In this document: positions 1-10,493 of the stretch, one piece after another
How the letters are laid out: each line of letters opens with the position of its first letter
How positions within the stretch are numbered: the stretch's first letter is position 1
Assembly (NCBI GenBank): GCA_046290225.1
Contig: JBKAGE010000039.1
Coordinates: 118,144 to 182,143 of the forward strand
DNA length: 64,000 nucleotides
Source of the DNA: Bradymonadia bacterium
GTDB lineage: Bacteria; Myxococcota_A; Bradymonadia; UBA7976; UBA1532
Direction of reading: 5' to 3'
Made by a program: the position numbers and the translations under genes
Notes under the pieces: model-generated
The model's database searches: none
What the model saw: only the letters and a program-made list of their open reading frames with translations
What the model was told of the DNA's origin: nothing

Positions 1-45
1 ATGTTACGGGTGTGATTTATCTGAAGTCCGTGGTAGCGTGCCGTC

Positions 46-621
46 ATGCCTCCGAAGACACGATATACCCGCGAGGTGGTGCTCGACGCCGCGCTGAAGG
101 TGGTCCGCGACACAGGGATCCGGGGCATGAGCGCCCGAAGCATCGCCAAGGCGCTCGGGGCCTCCACTGCGCCCGTGCTGGCCGCTTTTGAGAATATGCA
201 GGCCCTCACCGAGGCGGTGGTGGCCGCTCTCATCGACGAGCTGCTCGCCGCCGTCGACGCCACCGAAGCCACCGATCCGATCCGCGGGGCGGTCTTTGCC
301 ATGGCCCGCTTCACGGCAAATCGTCGCAACGAGTATGAGGCGCTCTTTCTCCATCCACACGCATCACCCCCGGACTGGGTGGCGGTCCGGGCCCGTTTCT
401 CGGAGCCCCTCGCCGAGGCCGAGGGTTTTCACCACCTCACCCCACGGCAACGCAACGCCCTCGCCTGGCGGGCCAGCGTCGTGGCCCATGGCATCTGCAT
501 CGAGATTTGGTCCAAGCGCTGGACGCAGACGAGCGACGAGGCGCTCTGGCGGGTGGTGGATCAGCTGGTGGGGCCGATCATTGAAGGCATGCTCGCGCAC
601 AACGGTGAGGGGGTGCGTTGA
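46..621 (+). CDS. TetR/AcrR family transcriptional regulator
   Basis: N-terminal TetR HTH (VLDAALKVVRDTGIRGMSARSIAKALGAS), 191 aa. Confidence 0.85.
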   Translation: MPPKTRYTREVVLDAALKVVRDTGIRGMSARSIAKALGASTAPVLAAFENMQALTEAVVAALIDELLAAVDATEATDPIRGAVFAMARFTANRRNEYEALFLHPHASPPDWVAVRARFSEPLAEAEGFHHLTPRQRNALAWRASVVAHGICIEIWSKRWTQTSDEALWRVVDQLVGPIIEGMLAHNGEGVR

Positions 622-633
622 CCTGCTGTGATG

Positions 634-1509
634 TCAGCGCATCACAGGGCCACCCTGGCAAATCCGAATGGCGTCATCCCATGCAGCCGAGCCGTTGTGC
701 AGCCAGGTGAGCAAACAATCGCGGGTGAACAAGGAAGGCCCCTCGAGGCTGAGGGCAAGCCAGGGCAAGGGGAGGGCATAGCGGTGCCGAAGCCGATGGC
801 CCCCTTGTGCGTCTGTCCAGAAGGCAAAGGCGCCATTCGAGAGCAGTGCATTGAGCTCGGAGAAGGCACGAAGCAAAGCCGGATCATCACTGAATTGTGG
901 ATCGCCCTCGGCGATTGTATCGACACAGAGACCGGCGATGGGGTCGTGAGAGAGTCGAAGGTGGGTGCCCACCATCGCCCCCTCGAACCGTTGCAGCGCC
1001 GTCATGTAACCCCCTTGAACATACGACAGCGGGATCCACTGCGAGAGCTGCTCGACCACGTGCTCCAGACGTACGAGGCCCTCCATGGCAACAGAACCAT
1101 CGAAGACTTGCTCGGCGAGCTCGCGGGTGGGTGGGATACCCTGTTGCGCCGCGAAGCGCATGTTCGCGAGGCTCGTGATCGCAGCCATCAGAGTCTGGGG
1201 CTCCGGTGTACTCGTGGGTGATCTCGGAAAGCTGAGGGTCAAGACGATGGCTTGTAGGTCTGGATCCCAGGCTGCCGAGATGCCCAGTGGTGAAGCCGCC
1301 GTAAATCGGTTGAGATCTCGCAACTGCGCCGTAGAGGGCCGCGCACTCGGGCTGACCTCTGCACGGATACGTAGAGACCATCCGAGTTCGACGACATGGA
1401 AGGTTACCGGCCCCAGAGAGCGCTGGGTGGCCAACTGGAAGTACGCATAGTTCTCCGAGGCCAGGTTGAAATTGAGATCGCAATGTCGAAGGAGAGTTTC
1501 GAGATCCAT
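634..1509 (-). CDS. hypothetical protein, possibly tandem YbjN/chaperone-like domains
   Basis: 291 aa ORF filling the gap between TetR and LysR; two similar helix-LN-G segments; fold guess is weak. Confidence 0.55.
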   Translation of the reverse strand: MDLETLLRHCDLNFNLASENYAYFQLATQRSLGPVTFHVVELGWSLRIRAEVSPSARPSTAQLRDLNRFTAASPLGISAAWDPDLQAIVLTLSFPRSPTSTPEPQTLMAAITSLANMRFAAQQGIPPTRELAEQVFDGSVAMEGLVRLEHVVEQLSQWIPLSYVQGGYMTALQRFEGAMVGTHLRLSHDPIAGLCVDTIAEGDPQFSDDPALLRAFSELNALLSNGAFAFWTDAQGGHRLRHRYALPLPWLALSLEGPSLFTRDCLLTWLHNGSAAWDDAIRICQGGPVMR

Positions 1510-1583
1510 CTCTGCCTACTGATGAGGGAATCAGGAGGGTGGGTGTAAAGGAGTTCGAGAAAGGGAGCAAGCGTGTGAAAGGT

Positions 1584-2492
1584 TCAGCGTTCAGAGGCAG
1601 GCACATGCTCATTTGACATCGATTCAGCGAGAAACCGCACACACTGCAACGTCAAGCCTTCTCGCCGTGGTTGGCCCGGCCAGATGGCGAACAGTGACAG
1701 TGGGGGCAGTTGCCAGTCAGGCAACACATGAACGAGCGTGCCTTGCTCGAAGCCGAGCCGGGCCAGGTGCTCGGGGATCACCGTCAGTCCCAGACCACGG
1801 ACGGTAAAGTCGTACAGAGCAATGGCAGAGTCGACGTGTACGCTGTTTTGACCGAGTACCGAGATCGTCTCACCTTCTGGCGAGGTGAACACGGTGCGAT
1901 CATTACGCATCGTGAAGCGTATCCAGTGCCACGACTCCAGATCGCTCGGGTGCTCGGGCTGCGCCTTGCCTTGCACATAGGCCGGGCTCGCCACTAGGCA
2001 GCGGGCTGCGTAGCCGAGCTTGCGGGCGAGCAGCGCGCAGTCTTCGTGGGCCCCTGCCCGGAACGCCAGATCGTAGCCCTCTTTGATGATGTTCTTCGGA
2101 TGATCGGAGAACGAGAAGTGCAGATCGACCTTCGGAAACGCCTGAGCGAAGCTTGCGAAGGCATCCATCATGCGGGTCTGGGTCAAGAAGGCCGGAGCGG
2201 TGATGCGCAGCTCTCCGGCAGGCTCGCTCGAGAGCGCGCTCAGGGCATCGAGACCGCTCTCCGCAGCATCGAGCATCAACCGGGCCTTCTCATAGAAGAT
2301 GCGCCCTTCGTTGCTCAACGACAGCCGGCGTGTGGAGCGATACAGCAACGTGACGCCGAGCTCGCCCTCAAGATCGGACACGGCCTGGCTCACCCGTGAC
2401 GGCGAGAGCCCCAGGTGCTGGGCCGCTGCGCGGAAGCTGCCGCGATCGATGACGTGGGCGAAGATCGCGATGCCGCGGAGTTTTTCGATCAT
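1584..2492 (-). CDS. LysR family transcriptional regulator
   Basis: GSFRAAAQHLGLSPSRVSQAVSDLEGELGVTLLYRSTR HTH plus substrate-binding domain, 302 aa. Confidence 0.95.
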   Translation of the reverse strand: MIEKLRGIAIFAHVIDRGSFRAAAQHLGLSPSRVSQAVSDLEGELGVTLLYRSTRRLSLSNEGRIFYEKARLMLDAAESGLDALSALSSEPAGELRITAPAFLTQTRMMDAFASFAQAFPKVDLHFSFSDHPKNIIKEGYDLAFRAGAHEDCALLARKLGYAARCLVASPAYVQGKAQPEHPSDLESWHWIRFTMRNDRTVFTSPEGETISVLGQNSVHVDSAIALYDFTVRGLGLTVIPEHLARLGFEQGTLVHVLPDWQLPPLSLFAIWPGQPRREGLTLQCVRFLAESMSNEHVPASER

Positions 2493-2502
2493 TGTTCACC
2501 TG

Positions 2503-2662
2503 ATCGCACTCTGCAACCGGATTGAGTGTGAGTGCTTGTCTTGAGGGCAGATTTCGAGGTTGAAGATACTCGGTGATGCTTCGGCATCGCCTGCGCTCTT
2601 CGCCCCCGAACTCTGTCCTCAATCCTGCGCCCTCCCGACTCAATCCGATTGCAGAGCACGAT
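2503..2662. repeat. imperfect 25-bp inverted repeat in the LysR/lipoprotein intergenic region
   Basis: ATCGCACTCTGCAACCGGATTGAGT (2503-2527) matches the reverse complement of 2638-2662 at 22/25 positions. Confidence 0.8.
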
Positions 2663-2850
2663 GAGCAGAAGAAAGACTTCCGAGATGGGCGACTTATCAA
2701 ACCATGCATTGAATGTCAGTCTATATGCACACACGTAATCGCGGACCACAACAGGTGTCATGACATGTCGCGCTCAGATGCGCGGAGGTGCGTCCTGGTC
2801 CGTGTCACGGGCTGTCATACAGGCAGCCACCCATAGAAAGATGTATACCC

Positions 2851-3420
2851 ATGAAGCGTTTCAACGCCCTTGTTCCTGCTCTCCTCGCACTCTCCCTCGC
2901 TGCCTGTGGTGACGATGATGCCACCGAGAGCGGTGACACTGCCCTCGTCAAAGAGGGGATTCAGGTCACGATGCGCAACACGCTGCAAGATCCCGGACAG
3001 CCCGAGCTGACCTATGCAGAGCTCTTCGGCGAGTCTGTAGAGGCCTTCGACGAGGTCAGCACGGTATCCTACTCGGCTTCGGAGTTCGCCACCGCCCTCG
3101 AGCAGAGCGGTGTGAGCTTCATGGGCAACATGGTCGACGTGAGCGGTCTCTACGACATCGACATCGACGGGAACAGCATCTCGTTCACTCTGCTGCCTTC
3201 AGAGGATGACCCCTTTTGGAAGAACGTCTTCGAGCTGCACCCCGAAGGGAAGTTCGACCGCTACTACCTGACCTTCGCGGAGCCCCACGGCATCAGCGGG
3301 TTCTCCAGCGACGAAGAGGCGGTGAACCTGCGCATCGACTCCGACACTGTGGTGGTGGTGGAGATCGGCGCAGGCTACAACATGGCGCCAGGCGCCGCGT
3401 TCAACATCGACCTCAAGTGA
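2851..3420 (+). CDS. putative lipoprotein
   Basis: MKRFNALVPALLALSLAAC lipobox signal; strong GC3 codon usage; start moved to ATG 2851. Confidence 0.8.
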   Translation: MKRFNALVPALLALSLAACGDDDATESGDTALVKEGIQVTMRNTLQDPGQPELTYAELFGESVEAFDEVSTVSYSASEFATALEQSGVSFMGNMVDVSGLYDIDIDGNSISFTLLPSEDDPFWKNVFELHPEGKFDRYYLTFAEPHGISGFSSDEEAVNLRIDSDTVVVVEIGAGYNMAPGAAFNIDLK

Positions 3421-3444
3421 GCGGGCTGCGCATGGGTTGACGCG

Positions 3445-4395
3445 TCAGGCGATCTCGATGGAATGCCAGGCGAGCAGAGTGCCGTCCGTGTTGCGTTGGG
3501 TAGACAGGATGAACTGTTCAAAGTCTGTAGAGGGGAAGAACATGTCCCGACCGCTGGCCAGTGGGGTGTCCTGCTCACCATGGTCGGTATAGAGCATGTG
3601 ATGCGTCGTGATCTCGGTGACGAAGGCATCGGTGAAGCAGAGCTGAGAGACGATGCGCCGCTCTCCAGACGGATCGCTCACGGCGACATGAATGTGCAGT
3701 GTTCGGCCGGCATACCAACCCGGAAAGCAGGATCTGAAGTTGACCCGTCCAGAGGCATCAGAGATCAGCTGTCCCCGATAGTACGTGGATGACTCAGCGT
3801 CCTCGTCACCACCCGTGCAGAAATTGGTTCCGAAGTTGCCACCGAAACGCTCCGCATCAGCGCTCTCGGATGTATCACCAGAGTACAGACCCCGTGTGTC
3901 ACAATGCCATATCTCGACCAGATGGTCGGCGAGGGGCTGACAGTCCGCATCGACCAGCCTCAAGCAGAGCTGCATGGGGAGTCCGGTTCGACCAGCAGAG
4001 ATGTCGTCACCTGCATCGTCTGCGTAGTAGCATGGCCCTTCTGTAAGCGCTGCGGACAATGCCAGAGTGCAGGCAACACCATCATCGAAGATGTCGTCTG
4101 GCGGGTAGTCAACAGTGATGAGATTTGTGCCGCCGACCGCCCATTCCATTGAGGGGGCAGCGGCGTCAGCGCTGCCCCCTGCATCTACAGCGGTGCCCGC
4201 ATCGACGCTGTCTCCCATGTCGGATTGTGTTGTGGTGGATTCTGTGTCCGACTGGCACGCAGAGAGGGTGGCGCCGATGCCAGCGGCTCCGGCAATGCGC
4301 AACAGATCACGGCGCGTGATGGGCTGTCTCATGCCTGTCGTGTGTAGGGTGTTGGAGGCCGGTACGAGGTCTGGGCGCTTGACTGTATGTGTCAT
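3445..4395 (-). CDS. exported intradiol ring-cleavage dioxygenase-like protein
   Basis: TEGPCYY, VEIWHCD..G.YSG, PGWYAGRTLHIH motifs; Tat-like TRRDLL signal with SAC lipobox. Confidence 0.85.
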   Translation of the reverse strand: MTHTVKRPDLVPASNTLHTTGMRQPITRRDLLRIAGAAGIGATLSACQSDTESTTTQSDMGDSVDAGTAVDAGGSADAAAPSMEWAVGGTNLITVDYPPDDIFDDGVACTLALSAALTEGPCYYADDAGDDISAGRTGLPMQLCLRLVDADCQPLADHLVEIWHCDTRGLYSGDTSESADAERFGGNFGTNFCTGGDEDAESSTYYRGQLISDASGRVNFRSCFPGWYAGRTLHIHVAVSDPSGERRIVSQLCFTDAFVTEITTHHMLYTDHGEQDTPLASGRDMFFPSTDFEQFILSTQRNTDGTLLAWHSIEIA

Positions 4396-4496
4396 GGTGA
4401 TTGACCTGTGATGTTGGATGGAGAGAGGGCAAGGTGGATTCTGTCCAGCGGCGTTGTCATCTGTCAGCAGGGCGCCAAGTGCCCACCCTCTAAACT

Positions 4497-5840
4497 TCAA
4501 TTCGGGAACGGATCGCTCCACCGCTCGTCAGTGGCGATGCTTTCGTCGGTCAGGGTGTGCAAGAACGCGACGAGCGCAGCCTGATCCTCTGCGCTGAGGT
4601 TGAGGCGGACCGCTGTGGGCATGTTGTCGGCCCCCAGAGGGCGAGTGGTGTCGAAGCTGAGCAGGCCAGGGCCGAGGTTGGGGTGGAACTCGACACCTTC
4701 GTTGTAGTGGGCAACCACCTCTTCGAGTGTCTCGAAGCGGCCGTCGTGCATGTACGGTGCCGTCAGCGCCACATTGCGCAGACTCGACACCTTGAACGCG
4801 CCCATCTCATCTTCGTTGCCTGTGACACCGCCAACCCCATCATCGTCGGGATCAGTGAAGCCGTTGTTGATGGGGTCGAGCTGATGAAAAATGCCGAGAT
4901 TGTCCAGGGGGGGGGCATTCGGCGGGAGGGCGCCAGGTGTGCCCTCGGGCCCGACGAACATCGTCGGGTTGGCGAACATGTGGCAGTTGCCACAGAGCCC
5001 CGGCAGGTGAGGGGCCTCCGGGTTGGTGGGCTCGTGCAGACCGAAGAAGATGGCACGTCCGCGATTCTCCGCGGCGGTGAACCCTGGGAAGTCGACGGTG
5101 AGATCTCGGGTGACGGCGACCTCGGCGTCGAAGCGCGAGCCGTAGGAGACGATGCTCCGGAGGAACTGGGCCAGTGCGCGCGAGATGCGGTCACTGGTGA
5201 TCGTACCGTCGCCGAATGCGGCTTCGAAGAGCGGTGGGTAGTAGTCCGTCGCTGAGAGGCGCTCGACGAGGGCGTCGAGTGTCATACCCATCTCTACCTC
5301 GTCCTGGATCGGCATGAGGACCTGCTCTTCGAGCGTCGCGGCCCGCTGGTCCCAGAACATCGGCCCCCGTGGGAAGTGGCGCAGGTTGATCAATGGCATC
5401 GACTGCCGGCCAGTCTCGCCGCCATCGAAACCGACCGACTTCACACGATGGTCCGAGAAGCCCTTGGTCTGGTCGTGACACGAAGCACAAGCCACCTCGC
5501 CATTGAGTGACATACGGCGATCATAGAAGAGCACTCGCCCGAGCGTGGCCCCTGCATCCGTGATGGGGTTGTCCGGCGGGGTGTTGTTCGTGAGTTGCAC
5601 GACTTGCACCTGCAAGTACTCTGGTATGGGGGTGTCATAAGAGAGCAGGGTGTCAGGGAGGCTGGGAGACGGAAGCGCCGCGATCGCGTTCGCATGAGGG
5701 TCGACGTTCGCCTCCTCAGGGCCAGTATCTGGCTGCTCTTCCTGGGCAGAGCCCCCATCAGCTGGGTTGCCGTCAGCGTCACTCACCGTGTCCGATGAGC
5801 ATGCGGTCAAGAGTACGAGGAGTGGGACGAGTGGTTTCAT
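4497..5840 (-). CDS. di-heme cytochrome c peroxidase (MauG/CcpA family), lipoprotein
   Basis: LGRVLFYD..S, CASCH, CGNCH, FKVSSLRNVALTAPYMHDG motifs; LTAC lipobox. Confidence 0.92.
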   Translation of the reverse strand: MKPLVPLLVLLTACSSDTVSDADGNPADGGSAQEEQPDTGPEEANVDPHANAIAALPSPSLPDTLLSYDTPIPEYLQVQVVQLTNNTPPDNPITDAGATLGRVLFYDRRMSLNGEVACASCHDQTKGFSDHRVKSVGFDGGETGRQSMPLINLRHFPRGPMFWDQRAATLEEQVLMPIQDEVEMGMTLDALVERLSATDYYPPLFEAAFGDGTITSDRISRALAQFLRSIVSYGSRFDAEVAVTRDLTVDFPGFTAAENRGRAIFFGLHEPTNPEAPHLPGLCGNCHMFANPTMFVGPEGTPGALPPNAPPLDNLGIFHQLDPINNGFTDPDDDGVGGVTGNEDEMGAFKVSSLRNVALTAPYMHDGRFETLEEVVAHYNEGVEFHPNLGPGLLSFDTTRPLGADNMPTAVRLNLSAEDQAALVAFLHTLTDESIATDERWSDPFPN

Positions 5841-5908
5841 GAGCGCCTCCAGGGTGATGAGTAGACCTGGTCAGCACTGTCTCCTGCAGATGTTGACGAA
5901 GTGCACGG

Positions 5909-6667
5909 GTGACTGAAATCGTGCATCCGCACACTTTCTCAATGTGTGTCAGTGAAGATGTCTCTGAAGGAGCAAGCACCATCGACACCCCACCCCAAAA
6001 GAAGATCCTCGTGGTCGAAGATGATCAGCGCGCTGTGAGCGTGCTGGTCTCGGGCCTCAGCCGGGCGGGCTTCGAGGTTGTGGTGGCGATGGATGGTGCG
6101 AGAGGGGGAGAGCTGGCGGTGTCGGAACACTTCGACCTGGTGGTGCTCGATCTGATGCTCCCCGAGAAATCAGGCTTGGAGGTCCTTCAGGCGATGCTGG
6201 GCCGGGTGTCGACGCCGGTCATCGTGCTCTCGGCGCGGACCGAGCTTCAGACCCGACTGAAGGCTTTTGATGCCGGGGCGGTGGACTATGTGCCGAAACC
6301 CTTTTTTCTTGAGGAGCTCGTACGACGCATCCGCGCCCGCCTCAGGTTGCGTGATGAAGTGCCGCGAAAGCTGATCGAGTTGGGCTCTGTGACATTGGAT
6401 CTCGATGCGCGCATCGCCACCCGTGAGGGCCATGATCTGAAGCTCACAGGCTATGAGTTCAACATCCTCGCGTGGATGGCCGAGCGCTCTGGTCGGGCCA
6501 TCAGCCGTGAGCAGCTCGCTGAGAATGCTCTGGGGATGGAGGGGCGTCGAGCCTGGCGGACTGTCGACGGGCATGTCTCACGCATTCGCAAGAAGCTCGG
6601 CCCTGATGGTGAGCGCGTGAAGACTGTCTGGGGCATTGGCTACACATGCTCGGCAAACGCTGAATGA
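5909..6667 (+). CDS. OmpR-family response regulator (start uncertain)
   Basis: ILVVEDD, LDLMLP, DYVPKPF receiver and winged-helix ending TVWGIGY. Confidence 0.95.
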   Translation: MTEIVHPHTFSMCVSEDVSEGASTIDTPPQKKILVVEDDQRAVSVLVSGLSRAGFEVVVAMDGARGGELAVSEHFDLVVLDLMLPEKSGLEVLQAMLGRVSTPVIVLSARTELQTRLKAFDAGAVDYVPKPFFLEELVRRIRARLRLRDEVPRKLIELGSVTLDLDARIATREGHDLKLTGYEFNILAWMAERSGRAISREQLAENALGMEGRRAWRTVDGHVSRIRKKLGPDGERVKTVWGIGYTCSANAE

Positions 6668-7977
6668 GAGGTTACCGGTCACGGGTGCTCCTCGGCGCTG
6701 TTGCCGGATCATTGCTCGCGGTGGTCATCGTGGTGATCGTGGTGGTGGCCACACTGGAAACGCTCTCCCTGAGAACCGTGGATGTGTCCCCGGAACTACA
6801 CACGGCATGTGAGGCATCGCCTCAGAGCTACGTCGGCCTCTCGGTGGGGCGTGGATCTGTCACGGCGTTCGATTCGGCGGGCCGCAGCCCGGATGGTGCG
6901 CAGTCTCTTGCCCCAGAGCTCGTAGGCGCGCTCGAGGTTGGGGAGCAGGCCCCACGACGTGAAGGTGGTCGACCCCATCTCATTCGACGTCTCAGCGCCG
7001 AGGGTCCTTGTGCATATGTATCGATCGACATCGGACCTCCACCTCTGATGAAGGAGATCGTTCCACTGATGTTGGGGCTGGCGGCGCTCCTCATCACTCT
7101 GATGGCCGCGGTGGGAAGCTACTGGTTCACCGTCCGCCCGCTCACCCGCCGGATACTGCGTGTACGTGATGCTGCACAGCGTGTGGGTCAGCCTGACTAC
7201 GCGCCGATGTCACAGGCGCTCAACGATGATCTCGGCGACATCTCCCGTGTGCTCGACCATTCCCACGAACGTCTCGTGGCTGATCGAGAAGAACTGGTCG
7301 CTCGCCATCATGCCCTCGAGCGTCACCTCGCAGAGATCGCCCACGATCTGCGCACACCGATCTGGTCCCTCATGTTGCAGCTGGAGGCTCAGCTGGTCGT
7401 GAGTGATGGTGAGCCGACACCCCTCCACAACGCATTCTTGGACGCGGAGTATCTGGGCTCGCTGGTCGAGAACCTGCATCAGGCGGTGCGACTACGCCAT
7501 GGTATGAACCCTGCGGAGGGTGTCTGTGATCTCACGGAGATCGTTCAGCGCCTTGAAGGCCGCTTTCGGCCCTTGGGCAAGGCCGAGGGCGTGGAGGTCG
7601 CCACGAGCTACCCCGAAACCCCGGTGCACGTGCAGTGCAGCCCCGAGTTCGTAGAGCGCGCCCTGGGCAACTTCGTACACAATGCGATCACCCACGCGAG
7701 GGGCCGGGTGGCTGTCTGGTTACGTGTCGAAGGCGAGACCTTTGAAGTGCGGGTACTCGACGACGGTGTTGGTCTCCCTGATGTGGCCCGTGCAGATCTC
7801 GCGAAGCGCACGTTCACGGATGACCCGGCGCGCTCTCGCGGTGCGGGTCTCGGCATCGCCATTGCGAACGAGATCGCCGCTCGTGTCGGGTGGATGATCC
7901 ACTACGAGGCGGTGCGAGAAGGGGGGCTTCAAGTGCGCATCGAGGGTCCTCGTTCAGGCAACTTGCCACGGTCTTGA
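6664..7977 (+). CDS. sensor histidine kinase
   Basis: two TM segments, HAMP, AHDLRTP H-box, N box, DDGVG and GAGLGIAI; ATGA overlap with the regulator. Confidence 0.93.
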   Translation: MRGYRSRVLLGAVAGSLLAVVIVVIVVVATLETLSLRTVDVSPELHTACEASPQSYVGLSVGRGSVTAFDSAGRSPDGAQSLAPELVGALEVGEQAPRREGGRPHLIRRLSAEGPCAYVSIDIGPPPLMKEIVPLMLGLAALLITLMAAVGSYWFTVRPLTRRILRVRDAAQRVGQPDYAPMSQALNDDLGDISRVLDHSHERLVADREELVARHHALERHLAEIAHDLRTPIWSLMLQLEAQLVVSDGEPTPLHNAFLDAEYLGSLVENLHQAVRLRHGMNPAEGVCDLTEIVQRLEGRFRPLGKAEGVEVATSYPETPVHVQCSPEFVERALGNFVHNAITHARGRVAVWLRVEGETFEVRVLDDGVGLPDVARADLAKRTFTDDPARSRGAGLGIAIANEIAARVGWMIHYEAVREGGLQVRIEGPRSGNLPRS

Positions 7978-8053
7978 ACACACCATGTTGTCCTGGAAAG
8001 CCGAAGCCGGTACCACTGCTCACGAATCCACCAACCTCTGGCGAAGATCTGCG

Positions 8054-9391
8054 ATGTCCTGGAACCCCGACAGCTGGCGCGCCCACCCCATCGAGCAGCA
8101 GCCTAAGTATGATGATCCCGCCGCCGTCGAGGCGGCGCTGGTCACCGTGCGCGATCTGCCTCCCCTCGTCGCCGCCGGTGAGGTCGACGCGTTGCGCGAG
8201 CGACTGCGTCGGGCGAGCCGCGGCGAGGCCTTTGTGCTGCAAGGTGGCGACTGCGCCGAGAGCTTCGCCGACTGCACTCGCGCCCCCATCGAGGCGAAGC
8301 TGAAGATCTTGCTGCAGATGAGCTTGGTGCTTACCTGGGGCGCCCGCATGCCGGTGGTGCGCGTGGGCCGGATGGCCGGTCAATATGCCAAGCCGCGATC
8401 CAGCGACACCGAGATCGTCGACGGTGTGGAGATGGCTTCCTACCGCGGTGATCACGTGAACGGTGCCGCCGCCGATGTGGATGCGCGACGGCCGGATCCG
8501 CAGCGGATGGTGCGCGCTTTCTTTCACTCAGCGGCGACGTTGAACTACGCCCGGGCGCTCCTCGACGGAGGCTTCGCTGATTTGCACCACCCCGAGGCCT
8601 GGGATCTGACCTTCGTGCGCAACGCCTCCCGGCGCAGCCAGTACGAGGCCATGGTGGAGCGCATCCTCGATGCCCTGGAGTTCGTGCGCACGCTCGGTGT
8701 GCACGATGCCGAGCCTCTCAGGACCGTGGAGCTCTTCTCGTCTCACGAGGCGCTACTGCTCGCGTACGAAGAGGCCCAGACCGTGGCTGTGGGTGATCGC
8801 TGGTACAACCTCGGTGCCCACATGCTCTGGATCGGCAACCGCACGCGGCAGCTCGACGGGGCTCACATCGAGTACGCCCGAGGCATCGAAAACCCCATCG
8901 GCATCAAGGTGGGCCCCGGGCTCACTGGCGATGCGCTCATCGCGCTGCTCGATCGCATCGAGCCGGGCAACCGAGCAGGGCGAGTGACGCTCATCTCACG
9001 TTTTGGCGCCGACAAAATCCGCGATGGTTTGCCGCCCCTCATCGAGCGCGTGCAGGCCGAGGGTCGAGACGTGGTCTGGTCGTGTGATCCCATGCACGGC
9101 AACACGACGAAGACGTCGAGCGGCCGCAAGACCCGGAACGTGAACGCCATCATGGAGGAGCTCGCGGGGGCCTTCGATGTGCACGACGAGGCGGGCAGCA
9201 CCCTCGCCGGGGTGCACTTCGAGCTGACTGGCGAAGACGTCACCGAGTGCGTCGGTGGCCCGCAGGAGCTCGGGGAGTCTGATCTCGAGCGCAGCTACCA
9301 GACTCTGGTCGATCCCCGACTCAACTATGCCCAGAGTCTTGAGCTGGCGTTTCGCGTCGCGCTGCGATTGCAGCAGCGACGATCGGGGTGA
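8054..9391 (+). CDS. class II 3-deoxy-7-phosphoheptulonate (DAHP) synthase
   Basis: LQGGDCAESF, GRMAGQYAKPRS, CDPMHGNT, DPRLN motifs. Confidence 0.95.
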   Translation: MSWNPDSWRAHPIEQQPKYDDPAAVEAALVTVRDLPPLVAAGEVDALRERLRRASRGEAFVLQGGDCAESFADCTRAPIEAKLKILLQMSLVLTWGARMPVVRVGRMAGQYAKPRSSDTEIVDGVEMASYRGDHVNGAAADVDARRPDPQRMVRAFFHSAATLNYARALLDGGFADLHHPEAWDLTFVRNASRRSQYEAMVERILDALEFVRTLGVHDAEPLRTVELFSSHEALLLAYEEAQTVAVGDRWYNLGAHMLWIGNRTRQLDGAHIEYARGIENPIGIKVGPGLTGDALIALLDRIEPGNRAGRVTLISRFGADKIRDGLPPLIERVQAEGRDVVWSCDPMHGNTTKTSSGRKTRNVNAIMEELAGAFDVHDEAGSTLAGVHFELTGEDVTECVGGPQELGESDLERSYQTLVDPRLNYAQSLELAFRVALRLQQRRSG

Positions 9392-9392
9392 G

Positions 9393-10493
9393 CTAAGAGC
9401 GGAACTGTTTGGCGAGGCGGAGCCCCTGGCCCTGATAGTTGCTGTGTCGTCCACCGTACAGCACGTCGGGGAGGGCCTCGTTGCGCATGAACTCGACCCG
9501 GAAGAGGGGCTGGCCGTGCTCGAGCAGGAAAGGCACGTCGTGGGTACGGATCTCCAACACGAGCTTGCTGCCTGGATCTTCGTCGTCGTCTTCTGACCAC
9601 CCGAAGCCTGAGTCGATGAACCCGGCGTAGTGCGTTCGGAGCTCACCCTTCGTGGCGTCAAAGGCCACCAGCTCTGCACACAGGCCCGGTGGGATCCGTA
9701 GCCGTTCGCGGGTGGCGAAGATGTAGAATTGCTCGGGCTCGAGCACATGGCCGTCTGCCTGCTCCCGCAATGGCACCCAATAGCGATCGACCGGTAAATC
9801 TCGGCGACGCAGGTCGACGGGGGGCATGTGTCGCTTGGCGATGTACCCCACCGGGGCCTTCTCCACCGATTGCAGGTCCACCGAGAGCAGGACGCCGGGA
9901 GGCACAGCGTCCTGCACCGGCGCCGGGGTGCCGTCGGACCATGAGCACAGCGGTTGGGTCTGCTGCCACTCCGCGAGCTCGGGGGCCTCGAGCCCCGGGC
10001 GCCCACGGGCCAGTCGCAGCTGAGCCAGGGCATCACCCTGCCTGACGCTGACGTGGAAGGACTGTGGGGTGATCTCGAGGAAGAGCCGCCCCCGGTAGCC
10101 CGGTGGGATGGTGTCGAAAGCGTAGCCATTCTCGGTGAGCACACGCACGAAGACATCGAGGCGCCCGGTACTGCTCTTGGGGTTCGACCGGCCCCACACG
10201 TCGTCAGGGAGCTCCAGCACCTCGGAGAGCTCGGCGAGGTACACACCGCCGCGGTGCAGCACCAGGGGTTCGTCCCTGTCGATGCGATGAGCTGACGTCG
10301 CCAGCCGGCCGAGCTTGCGTTCGATCCCTGCCGGGCCTGGGAGGAAGCTGCACTGCAGCTGCCACACTCTGGCCCCCAGGCGCAGGTCGAGGCTCGATGG
10401 CTGCACCTGGCCCTCTTGCACAGGCGTCAGAGACTGGATGACACCACTCGTGGTGAACGCACGGAGGGACTGGCTGACGAGGATGCCTGACAT
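9393..10493 (-). CDS. dcd: 2'-deoxycytidine 5'-triphosphate deaminase (two-domain type)
   Basis: QPSSLDLRLG, NPKSSTGRLDVFVR, HYAGFIDSGFG, SNYQGQGLRLAKQF. Confidence 0.92.
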   Translation of the reverse strand: MSGILVSQSLRAFTTSGVIQSLTPVQEGQVQPSSLDLRLGARVWQLQCSFLPGPAGIERKLGRLATSAHRIDRDEPLVLHRGGVYLAELSEVLELPDDVWGRSNPKSSTGRLDVFVRVLTENGYAFDTIPPGYRGRLFLEITPQSFHVSVRQGDALAQLRLARGRPGLEAPELAEWQQTQPLCSWSDGTPAPVQDAVPPGVLLSVDLQSVEKAPVGYIAKRHMPPVDLRRRDLPVDRYWVPLREQADGHVLEPEQFYIFATRERLRIPPGLCAELVAFDATKGELRTHYAGFIDSGFGWSEDDDEDPGSKLVLEIRTHDVPFLLEHGQPLFRVEFMRNEALPDVLYGGRHSNYQGQGLRLAKQFRS

